Source of the DNA: Breznakia sp. PF5-3
GTDB lineage: Bacteria > Bacillota_I > Bacilli_A > Erysipelotrichales > Erysipelotrichaceae
DNA: 32,000 nucleotides
NCBI RefSeq assembly: GCF_029504745.1
Contig: NZ_JAQFIQ010000027.1
Coordinates: 1-32,000, forward strand
Direction: 5' to 3'
Below the pieces are notes generated by a model, which did not search any database, was not told where the DNA came from, and worked only from the letters and a program-made list of their open reading frames with translations. Numbering within the stretch: the first letter of the stretch is position 1; each line of letters opens with the position of its first letter. This document shows positions 19,156 through 26,625 of the stretch, piece by piece. The position numbers and the translations under genes are program-made.

Positions 19156-19566
19156 ATGAAACGAATAATGACAATATTTTGTTTGTTTTTCTTGTTGGCA
19201 GGATGTCAAGCAAGTGGAAAAACAAATGATACAACTGAAAATAAAAAGGAAATACATATGGAACTTTATATAAGAGATATGGATAAAAAAGTTGAAGTAA
19301 AGGAAAAGGATTGCAAAGAACTTCAATCTTTACTTGATATATGCCCATATGATGGGGATCAATATCATGAAGAAGATAATCCAGAAGGATATCATTTGCA
19401 TATGGCAGATAGTGAATATGTATTAACAATTATGGAAGGTAAAGAAGTTCTTAAAAAAGTATACATATGGAAAGATGGAGATCATGTGAAAATAGATGAA
19501 AATTGGCATTTTGTTGATGAAGCCAAAGATCAGATTTTAACGATTCTTCAATCATATGAAAAATAA
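19156..19566 (+). CDS. small lipoprotein of unknown function
   Basis: Signal peptide with lipobox FFLLAGCQ after the ATG at 19156. Acidic mature part with no domain I recognise. It directly follows the second two-component pair. Confidence 0.6.
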   Translation: MKRIMTIFCLFFLLAGCQASGKTNDTTENKKEIHMELYIRDMDKKVEVKEKDCKELQSLLDICPYDGDQYHEEDNPEGYHLHMADSEYVLTIMEGKEVLKKVYIWKDGDHVKIDENWHFVDEAKDQILTILQSYEK

Positions 19567-19590
19567 GGTATCGAAAGATATCTTTTTTCT
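19565..19590 (+). terminator. rho-independent terminator after the lipoprotein gene
   Basis: Stem AAGGTATC / GATATCTT (one G-U pair) with GAAA tetraloop, followed by a T-run. Confidence 0.65.
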
Positions 19591-19644
19591 TGGGTTGTGT
19601 TGGATTGTTGCTGTATTTATAAATAGTTATGCTATAATCTTAAT

Positions 19645-20184
19645 ATGAAGCAAAAAGAGGTTATTGTCGTAGAAGGTAAACATGATTCACAAAAATTAAA
19701 ATCTTTTTTTGATGTAGATACAATAGAAACAAATGGGCTTCATCTATCTAAAGAAAAGATAGAATGCATCAAGAGTTTGAATGAGAAGCGTGGTGTTATT
19801 TTGTTTTTGGATCCTGATAGTGCAGGTGAACGTATTCGTAAACGCTTAAATGATGCAATACCAAATTTAAAAAATGCTTTTATTGATAAAAAAAGATGCA
19901 GAACAACAAAGAAAGTTGGAATAGAACATGCTGATAAAGAAGCTTTGAAAGAAGCTTTAGAGCATGTTTTAACATATGATAAAGAAATAAGAGAATCGTT
20001 GTCTTATGAAGCGTACCTCAGTATGGGGTTTCAGGGTCAAGAAGATTCACGAATGTTGAGAAGAAAAGTTGGAGAATTACTTTTTTTAGGTGAATGTAAT
20101 AGCAAGACACTGTTTAAGAGGTTGAATATGTTTCAAATAACAGATGTGGAATTAAAGAAGATTGTTGAGGATATATATGAATAA
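19645..20184 (+). CDS. rnmV: ribonuclease M5 (5S rRNA maturase, Toprim domain)
   Basis: VIVVEGKHD...ILFLDPDSAGERIR Toprim motifs, 179 aa, and conserved rnmV-rsmA synteny. Confidence 0.9.
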   Translation: MKQKEVIVVEGKHDSQKLKSFFDVDTIETNGLHLSKEKIECIKSLNEKRGVILFLDPDSAGERIRKRLNDAIPNLKNAFIDKKRCRTTKKVGIEHADKEALKEALEHVLTYDKEIRESLSYEAYLSMGFQGQEDSRMLRRKVGELLFLGECNSKTLFKRLNMFQITDVELKKIVEDIYE

Positions 20185-21022
20185 AATAATTGCGACTCCC
20201 TCTAATACCAAAGAGATATTAGAGACTTATGATTTATATGCCAAAAAGAATTATGGACAGAATTTTTTGGTTGAATCTCAAATAGTTGATAAAATTGCAA
20301 AGCATGCAGTATTAAGTGAAAATAGTGTCGTTATTGAAATTGGACCTGGAATAGGAGCATTAACTCAATTTCTAGCAAATTATGCAAAGCAGGTTATTGC
20401 TTTTGAAATAGATGAACGACTGATTCCTGTTTTAAAAAACACCTTAAGTGATAAAGATAATGTAGAAATCATTCAAGAAGATTTTCTAAATATTGATTTA
20501 GATGAAATAGTGAAAACGTATTCGGAAGTGGTAGTAGCGGCAAATCTTCCTTATTATATTACAACTCCTATTTTGTTTAAAATATTTGAAAGTAATGCCA
20601 ATATAAAACAGATAACTGTAATGATGCAAAAAGAGGTTGCAGATCGTTTCAGTGCAAAGGTAAATTCTAAGGATTACAATGCTTTAAGTATTATTGCGCA
20701 GTATCATTATGATATAAAAACAATCATGAAAATAAGTAAACATGTATTTAATCCAAAACCTAATGTTGACAGTGCTGTTGTACAGTTTACATATCGACCA
20801 AATACATTGGTTGATGATGAGAAAGCTTTTTTTCTAATGGTGAAAGCATGTTTCAAACAGCGAAGAAAAACTATTTTAAATAATTATGGAGAGTATTTGA
20901 ATGACAAAGAAAAAGCACGGCAATATTTGCAAAGTGCCAATATTGATATAAAAAGTAGAGCAGAAAGTTTAACAAGAGAAGCTTTTGTTCGTTTATATGA
21001 GGTAGAAAAAAATGGAAGTTAA
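20177..21022 (+). CDS. rsmA: 16S rRNA (adenine1518/1519-N6)-dimethyltransferase
   Basis: GQNFL, SAM motif EIGPGIGALT, and NLPYYITTPI. I prefer the ATG at 20177. Confidence 0.93.
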   Translation: MNKIIATPSNTKEILETYDLYAKKNYGQNFLVESQIVDKIAKHAVLSENSVVIEIGPGIGALTQFLANYAKQVIAFEIDERLIPVLKNTLSDKDNVEIIQEDFLNIDLDEIVKTYSEVVVAANLPYYITTPILFKIFESNANIKQITVMMQKEVADRFSAKVNSKDYNALSIIAQYHYDIKTIMKISKHVFNPKPNVDSAVVQFTYRPNTLVDDEKAFFLMVKACFKQRRKTILNNYGEYLNDKEKARQYLQSANIDIKSRAESLTREAFVRLYEVEKNGS

Positions 21023-21854
21023 GGCTTATGCGAAAATTAATTTAACCTTGGATGTGATTAGGAAAAGAGAAGATGGGTATCATGAAATGGATATGATTAT
21101 GACACCGATATCTTTATATGATACCTTAGATGTAGAAGTTGCTGATCAAGATACTTTTTCAAGCAATGTAGAAGGATTAAGGTTTGATGAGAATAATACC
21201 ATTTATCGGGCTGTTTCTTTGATGAGAGAGCATTATCAGATAGCAGAGCACTTTTGTATTACATTAGACAAACGCATCCCCATGCAGGCTGGATTGGCTG
21301 GAGGTAGTGCTGATGGAGCAGCAATGTTGATTGCAATCAATCACTTATGTAACTTACAACTAAGTGAACAAGAACTTGTTCGTATTGGCGTGAAGATTGG
21401 CGCAGATGTTCCCTTTTGCTTATTAAATAGATTAAGTAGAGTACAAGGGATTGGTGAAAAAATACATCCTATTTCTTCACAGTTAAATAAACACATTTTA
21501 CTTGTAAAGCCACAAAGTGGTGTTTCAACAAAAGAAGCATTTCAAAATATTGATTTTAAAGTATGTGAACATCCTAATGTGAGTTTAGTAGAGAAAATGT
21601 TAACCCAAAATGATGAACAATTTGTCAAACATTTGGGTAATACATTACAACAACCTGCAATAAAGTTAAATAAAGACATTGCAGATGTTCGAAAAGCTAT
21701 GCAACAATTTCCCTTTGATTGTGTGTTGATGTCAGGAAGTGGATCTTGTGTGTTTGCTTTATCGGATGATATCGACTTAATAGTAGAGGCAAAGAGGCAT
21801 TTAAAAAATACATATGATTTTGTAGAAAGTTGTTCCATGGTGAAAAATAGTTGA
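21012..21854 (+). CDS. ispE: 4-diphosphocytidyl-2-C-methyl-D-erythritol kinase
   Basis: AKINLTLDV N-terminus and GHMP kinase motif PMQAGLAGGSADGAA, 280 aa. Confidence 0.92.
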   Translation: MEVKAYAKINLTLDVIRKREDGYHEMDMIMTPISLYDTLDVEVADQDTFSSNVEGLRFDENNTIYRAVSLMREHYQIAEHFCITLDKRIPMQAGLAGGSADGAAMLIAINHLCNLQLSEQELVRIGVKIGADVPFCLLNRLSRVQGIGEKIHPISSQLNKHILLVKPQSGVSTKEAFQNIDFKVCEHPNVSLVEKMLTQNDEQFVKHLGNTLQQPAIKLNKDIADVRKAMQQFPFDCVLMSGSGSCVFALSDDIDLIVEAKRHLKNTYDFVESCSMVKNS

Positions 21855-21862
21855 GGTAGATT

Positions 21863-22648
21863 ATGGCGCTGTTTAAGAAAAAAGAAAAGAAATTAAAGAA
21901 AATTAGTGAAGATTGGGAATTTTATTATACAGAGATAGATGATAATGTTGCCTCAATTCGTTTGGATATGGGGTTAGAAACATTTTCTGAATATACTAAG
22001 TTAAAAAACACATATGTTTTTAGTGTTTTTTATGATGACCAATATCCAAATGGATTTCCAACAAAAGAATCAACAGCGATGTTACATGCTATTGAAGATA
22101 GCCTAGAAGCAAGATGGGGGATATATGATATCTATAGTGTTGGGATGATTACAGGCAATGGGCAACGAAGCTTTGTATTCATGAGTGAGCATGAAATGTC
22201 TTGGGAAAAGATGTGTTCCAAAATTATGAAACGTAGAAAGCATATTAAATTTTCAATGAGAATTTTAAGAAATGATAAAGGTCGCTATTATGAAGAAATA
22301 TTATATCCAGATGTATATGGAATGGAATGGATAAAAAATCGGAATATCTGTCAACGATTAGGAGATCAAGGAGAAACGTTTAGTGAAGAGCGAATCATCG
22401 ATTTCTATACGTGCTTTCCAAAACAAGAGGATGCAGAAAAATTTGTTGCAATGCTAACATCAGAAGATATGAAGTTAACAGACTTTGATATTAATCTAAA
22501 TGAAAAAAAGGAATATTTAGTATATTTTAGAACCTTTGATATTCCTAGTCAGGAAATAATGAATCAGTATAGTAAAAGGCTACTTACTTTAACAATTCAA
22601 AACCATGGAAAGTTTGAGGGTTGGGGGACAACGATTATAAAAGAATAA
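21863..22648 (+). CDS. DUF695 / RraB-like two-domain protein
   Basis: The N-terminal WEFYYTEIDDNVASIRLDMGL resembles the DUF695 signature. The C-terminal half (IIDFYTCFPKQEDAEKF...GKFEGWGT) resembles the RraB (regulator of RNase E activity B) fold ending in the xDGWG-like motif. Confidence 0.55.
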   Translation: MALFKKKEKKLKKISEDWEFYYTEIDDNVASIRLDMGLETFSEYTKLKNTYVFSVFYDDQYPNGFPTKESTAMLHAIEDSLEARWGIYDIYSVGMITGNGQRSFVFMSEHEMSWEKMCSKIMKRRKHIKFSMRILRNDKGRYYEEILYPDVYGMEWIKNRNICQRLGDQGETFSEERIIDFYTCFPKQEDAEKFVAMLTSEDMKLTDFDINLNEKKEYLVYFRTFDIPSQEIMNQYSKRLLTLTIQNHGKFEGWGTTIIKE

Positions 22649-22689
22649 AAGAGTTGTTTTTCTTATTTGATTATGCCATTATATAGGAT

Positions 22690-23568
22690 ATGAAAACAGT
22701 AAAAGCAAAAACGATTTTACAAAATATGAAATATGGAAATCAATGGTTTGGTTCAGATTATAATATGAACTTATACCGTGGTTGTTGTCATGGTTGTATT
22801 TATTGTGATAGTCGTAGCAATTGTTATCGAATTGATAATTTTGATGAAGTGACAGTAAAAGAAAATGCATTAACAATTTTAGATCGGGAATTAGCATATC
22901 GAAAAAAAGGGGTTGTAGGTTTAGGTGCAATGTCAGATCACTATAATCCATTTGAAAAGGATTTGGAAATTACAAGAGGAGCCTTAAAGCTTATTGAGCA
23001 AAATGGTTATGGTTTATCATTAGAAACGAAAAGTGCAACGATTACTAGAGATATTGATCTTTTTAAAAAAATACAAGCAAAGCACAATGTAATTTTAAAA
23101 CTGACAATTACTTGTACAGATGATCAATTATGTAAAAAGATAGAGCCTAATGTATCGATAGCAAGTGAACGATTTAAAGCTGTGAAGCAGTTGAGTGATG
23201 CTGGGTTGTTTGTAGGAATTTTATTTACACCATGGTTACCATTTATTACGGATACAGAAGAGAATGTCCGTACGCTTGTTAAACAAGCACATGAAGCAGG
23301 TGCTCACTTTATCTATGCATCTACTGGAGTAACCTTAAGAGAAAATCAGATGGAGTATTATTTTCAACAATTAGATAAATTGTTTCCAGGATTGAGTGAT
23401 AAATATCGACAGGTTTATCGTGGAAGATATGCATGTAATACGTTGAATAAGAATTTATATAAGATTTTTGAACAAGAATGCAAACGATATGGTATGCTTT
23501 ATAAAATGCAAGATATTATCAATGCTTATAAAAAACCAAGAGGAATTGTTCAAGAAAGCTTGTTTTAA
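22690..23568 (+). CDS. radical SAM protein (SPL / DNA-photolyase-like subfamily)
   Basis: CxxxCxxC cluster in YRGCCHGCIYCDSR near the N-terminus. 292 aa with a TIM-barrel-like length. Confidence 0.75.
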   Translation: MKTVKAKTILQNMKYGNQWFGSDYNMNLYRGCCHGCIYCDSRSNCYRIDNFDEVTVKENALTILDRELAYRKKGVVGLGAMSDHYNPFEKDLEITRGALKLIEQNGYGLSLETKSATITRDIDLFKKIQAKHNVILKLTITCTDDQLCKKIEPNVSIASERFKAVKQLSDAGLFVGILFTPWLPFITDTEENVRTLVKQAHEAGAHFIYASTGVTLRENQMEYYFQQLDKLFPGLSDKYRQVYRGRYACNTLNKNLYKIFEQECKRYGMLYKMQDIINAYKKPRGIVQESLF

Positions 23569-23622
23569 TATGTTGAGAGAAATGTAGAATTTTGTTATTA
23601 TATGCAATATAGAGGTATTTAT

Positions 23623-24360
23623 ATGGAAAGATTCAAAATAAAAAATATAGACATAGGAAGTGGAAAAACAAAGATATGTGTTCCAATTACAGGAACAACA
23701 CAGGATGAAATAATTAAAAATGTAAAAGCTATAGCAAAAACACATGCAGATATGGTAGAATGGCGTAGTGATTATTATGAAGATTGTCATGATATCAGTA
23801 AAGTTGTTGAAGTGTTGAAAATGATTAATGAATGTATTCCAGAGAAACCGCTTATTTTCACTTTCCGAACAAAATCGGAAGGTGGGCAAATCGCAATTAC
23901 AGCACCAGAATATTTATTGCTTTATAAAACAGCGATGCTTAGTAAGAAAGTGGATTTTGTAGATGTGGAAGCACTTCGTGAAGAGGCAGTAATCAAAAAT
24001 ATTTTGAAGCATGCGAAAACGGCAGGAATTAAAGTGATTTTATCGCATCATGATTTTGCTTCAACACCACCTGAGGAAAAGATAGTTCAACGTTTAAAAA
24101 TAATGAAAGAATTTGGTGCAGATATATGTAAGGTTGCATATATGCCAAGAAATGAAGCAGATGTACAAGCGCTTATCAGCGCAGCTGAAAATGCTAAACA
24201 AAATAATTTATTATTTATTGCGATATCTATGGGTGTGTTAGGCGAAGTTACAAGGATAAGAGCAAATGCACTTGGATCTTGTGTTACCTTTGCTTATGTA
24301 AATAAGGAGAGTGCACCAGGTCAAATTGATGTTGAAAAGTTATACAGTATATTGGAATAA
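23623..24360 (+). CDS. aroD: type I 3-dehydroquinate dehydratase
   Basis: KICVPITG N-terminus, catalytic His region LSHHDF, and Schiff-base Lys region CKVAYMP. I prefer the ATG at 23623. Confidence 0.9.
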   Translation: MERFKIKNIDIGSGKTKICVPITGTTQDEIIKNVKAIAKTHADMVEWRSDYYEDCHDISKVVEVLKMINECIPEKPLIFTFRTKSEGGQIAITAPEYLLLYKTAMLSKKVDFVDVEALREEAVIKNILKHAKTAGIKVILSHHDFASTPPEEKIVQRLKIMKEFGADICKVAYMPRNEADVQALISAAENAKQNNLLFIAISMGVLGEVTRIRANALGSCVTFAYVNKESAPGQIDVEKLYSILE

Positions 24361-24437
24361 ATAAAAATTTATATGAAATAGAAATAAGGAAATAAGAATA
24401 GGATTTCAAAAGAAATACTATATTTATATTTAATGAA

Positions 24438-24490
24438 GGGCAAACTATCATCTTTTACTTTTTTTAGTTAAGATATGTTGCCCTTTTATT
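24438..24490 (+). terminator. long imperfect hairpin terminator after aroD
   Basis: GGGCAA (24438-24443) pairs with TTGCCC (24478-24483). The interior is bulged (TATCATCTT / AAGATAT). It is followed by TTTTATT. Confidence 0.5.
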
Positions 24491-24551
24491 ATGCAATAAA
24501 GGGGTGATAATCTTAACTATTTTAATTTTATATAGAAAAAAGTGTAAGATG

Positions 24552-24580
24552 TGAACCTTTTTGATGTAAAAAGTGTCTAA
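24552..24580 (+). promoter_or_regulatory. ECF-type promoter motif, copy 1 (TGAAC-N17-TGTCTAA)
   Basis: TGAAC at 24552-24556 and GTCTAA at 24575-24580, with exactly 18 nt between GAAC and GTC. It lies 54 nt upstream of the sigma-region-4 fragment. The downstream block TTAATGAAGG is also shared with copies 2 and 3. Confidence 0.6.
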
Positions 24581-24633
24581 TTAATGAAGGGATAATTATT
24601 TGGAAGTAAAGTAAATAGGAAGGAAGTGCAAAT

Positions 24634-24981
24634 ATGGAAATCGGATCAGATGTTATTCTAGCAGTAAAAACAGAAATCGAAAATATGCCAGTAAAATATA
24701 AATTTATTGCATTGCTTTGGTATTTTGAAGAATTTACTGTTGTAGACATTTCAAATATTTTGAATATTCCAGAAGAAATCGTGGAAATTAGAATTGATAA
24801 AGTAGAAAGTATGATTCGTCCTACAATTTTGGTAGAAGGAATGACTTCGGCAAGAAAGTATTCAAAACATTTTCCTGTTGTGGTTTCAAAGGCGTTTGAT
24901 TTGATTATTAAGAGTTATCAGATGCCTGCTGAAACAGAGAGTAGAATATATGTAAACATTTTAAATACATGTCTTTCATAA
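24634..24981 (+). pseudogene. truncated paralogue of the sigma-fusion genes, keeping only sigma region 4 plus the juxtamembrane linker
   Basis: The 115-aa ORF aligns to residues of about 125-225 of the 438-aa protein (VKTEIENMP..., YFEEFT..., IPEE..., ARKYSKHFPVVVSKAFDLII vs PAKYFSFAFTPIMFSAFQQII). DNA identity is visible (AAAACAGAAATCGAAAATATGCC vs AAAACCGAAATTGAAAATATGCC). It lacks region 2, the TM span and the ectodomain. It keeps an RBS (GGAAGGAAG), a promoter copy and a terminator. Confidence 0.65.
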
Positions 24982-25010
24982 AATGGAAAAAATATATATA
25001 GAAAAAAGTA

Positions 25011-25047
25011 GCAGATAGAACAACGTGTTTTATTTGCTTTTTATTTT
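25011..25047 (+). terminator. rho-independent terminator after the sigma fragment
   Basis: 12-bp stem GCAGATAGAACA / TGTTTTATTTGC (two G-U pairs), loop ACG, followed by TTTTTATTTT. Confidence 0.7.
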
Positions 25048-25059
25048 GAAAATGAAAAT

Positions 25060-25086
25060 TATGCTATTTAAGTGAAAAATAGCATA
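25060..25086. repeat. perfect 10-bp inverted repeat upstream of promoter copy 2
   Basis: TATGCTATTT (25060-25069) and AAATAGCATA (25077-25086) with a 7-nt spacer. No T-run follows. It lies about 100 nt upstream of the -35 of copy 2. Confidence 0.5.
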
Positions 25087-25188
25087 GAATATTACACAAT
25101 TGTAAATACTTATGGTATGCTTTTAGTATGGAATTATTCTAATCAAAATTAGCAAATAGAAGATAAATGTTTATTTTTTTATAAAAAA

Positions 25189-25217
25189 TGAACGAAAAGA
25201 ATAATGAAATTGTCTAA
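25189..25217 (+). promoter_or_regulatory. ECF-type promoter motif, copy 2 (TGAAC-N17-TGTCTAA)
   Basis: TGAAC at 25189-25193 and GTCTAA at 25212-25217, with the same 18-nt GAAC-to-GTC spacing. The AAATGAACGAAA block is identical to copy 3. It lies 75 nt upstream of the 438-aa sigma-fusion ATG. Confidence 0.65.
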
Positions 25218-25291
25218 ATTAAGAGGAAATTTGAATTTATTAAGGAAATATGCTAATTTTGTTTTGAATAATAAAAAAAAGGGAGCACATA

Positions 25292-26608
25292 ATGGGTAAA
25301 AAAAGTATTGATGTGAAATATGTAAAACGATTGAAACAAGGCGATCCTGAAGCTTTTGAAGAAATCTTTCGTTTTTATAAAGACTCTATATATTATTTTT
25401 CCTTAACCTTTTTGAAGAATCGAGCAGATGCGGAAGAAATTGTTCAAGAAACCTTTATAACAGCAATGAAAAATATTGGTTCTTTGGAAAAACCGGCATC
25501 ATTTCATTCTTGGCTTCACAAAATAGCGTATAATAAATCAATGACCCTCTACAAAAAGAATAGCAAGAATGTACAACTAGATAGTGATTTTGATCTAGAA
25601 AACATGATTGAAGGAGAGGAAGGTCCAGCTGGTATGTTATCGCGTAATGAACTAATTTCAACTATAAAAACCGAAATTGAAAATATGCCTAATACATTAG
25701 TTCAGGTCGCACAATTGCGTTATTTTGAGGATTTTACAACCAGAGAGATTTCTGAAATAATGGATATTCCTGAAGGAACGGTTAAAACAAGGTTAAATAA
25801 AGTTAGAAAGATAATTCAACCAAAGCTTGATACAAAAGGGTTTTCTCCTGCAAAATATTTTTCATTTGCGTTTACACCAATAATGTTTAGTGCTTTCCAA
25901 CAAATTATTGATTCACATACTTTGTCAAATGCAGTAGCAAATAAGATGTTTGAAAATATGTCAGTAGCAATTGGTGGAGCGGCAGGATTAGCTGCAAGTG
26001 CAGGCGCAGCAGCAGGTTCTGCAGGTGCAGGTGCATCAAATGCAAGCAATGGATTGCTTACAGCAGCCAAGGTTGCAGTGGCAGCTGTTGCTGGAGGGTC
26101 TGGTGTCTATGGAGTTTATAATGTAGTGCAATCAACAGGGCCTAATGTAGAGCAAATTTCATATTATAATGAAATAACGAATAAAGATATTGAGGTTGAA
26201 GTAATATTAAGTAAAAAAGAAAATGAAGAAGATATAAAAATATTGTATAATGGTAATGATGTAACATTTACTGCTGAAGACAAGACATTGACATTTGTAG
26301 CGAAAGCAAATGGTGAATATGTAGTAGAAGTTGGCGGAACACAAAATATATTTACAATTTCCAACATTGATAAACAATCACCGGAGTTGATATCTGTCGA
26401 AAAGAGTGGAAATAGTGTGGTATTTTCATATAATGATGATGTTTCAGGAATTGATTTTGAAAAATCATATATTACTGTAAGTACAGGGGAAAAAATAAGC
26501 TTACCAACTAATAACGTAATCAATGGTGATTATAGTGGTAGTATAAAAGTAAACTTATATGATAAAGCGGGGAATGTTGCAGAATATGAAGTAGATTTAG
26601 ATGCATAA
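25292..26608 (+). CDS. ECF-type sigma-70 family factor fused to a Gly/Ala-rich predicted membrane span and a beta-rich C-terminal (Ig-like?) domain
   Basis: N-terminal sigma region 2 (FEEIFRFYKDSIYYFSLTFLKNRADAEEIVQETF...WLHKIAYN). Region 4 HTH (LRYFEDFTTREISEIMDIPEGTVKTRLNKVRK). Then KYFSFAFTPIMFSAF, an Ala/Gly tract, the hydrophobic LLTAAKVAVAAVAGGSGVYGVYNVV, and about 170 aa of alternating beta-strand-like sequence. Strong RBS GGGAGC. Confidence 0.85.
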   Translation: MGKKSIDVKYVKRLKQGDPEAFEEIFRFYKDSIYYFSLTFLKNRADAEEIVQETFITAMKNIGSLEKPASFHSWLHKIAYNKSMTLYKKNSKNVQLDSDFDLENMIEGEEGPAGMLSRNELISTIKTEIENMPNTLVQVAQLRYFEDFTTREISEIMDIPEGTVKTRLNKVRKIIQPKLDTKGFSPAKYFSFAFTPIMFSAFQQIIDSHTLSNAVANKMFENMSVAIGGAAGLAASAGAAAGSAGAGASNASNGLLTAAKVAVAAVAGGSGVYGVYNVVQSTGPNVEQISYYNEITNKDIEVEVILSKKENEEDIKILYNGNDVTFTAEDKTLTFVAKANGEYVVEVGGTQNIFTISNIDKQSPELISVEKSGNSVVFSYNDDVSGIDFEKSYITVSTGEKISLPTNNVINGDYSGSIKVNLYDKAGNVAEYEVDLDA

Positions 26609-26625
26609 TATAAATGGAGATGAAT

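Noticed and set aside
23455-23889. 144-aa minus-strand ORF spanning the radical-SAM/aroD junction
   Set aside because: It overlaps two well-supported plus-strand genes and their intergenic region. It has Phe/Ile/Asn-rich low-complexity composition.
24361-24430. Reiterated GAAATA/GGAAATAA units after aroD, considered as a tandem repeat or CRISPR-like array
   Set aside because: They are only 3-4 degenerate, unevenly spaced short units in AT-rich intergenic DNA, with no repeat-spacer periodicity.
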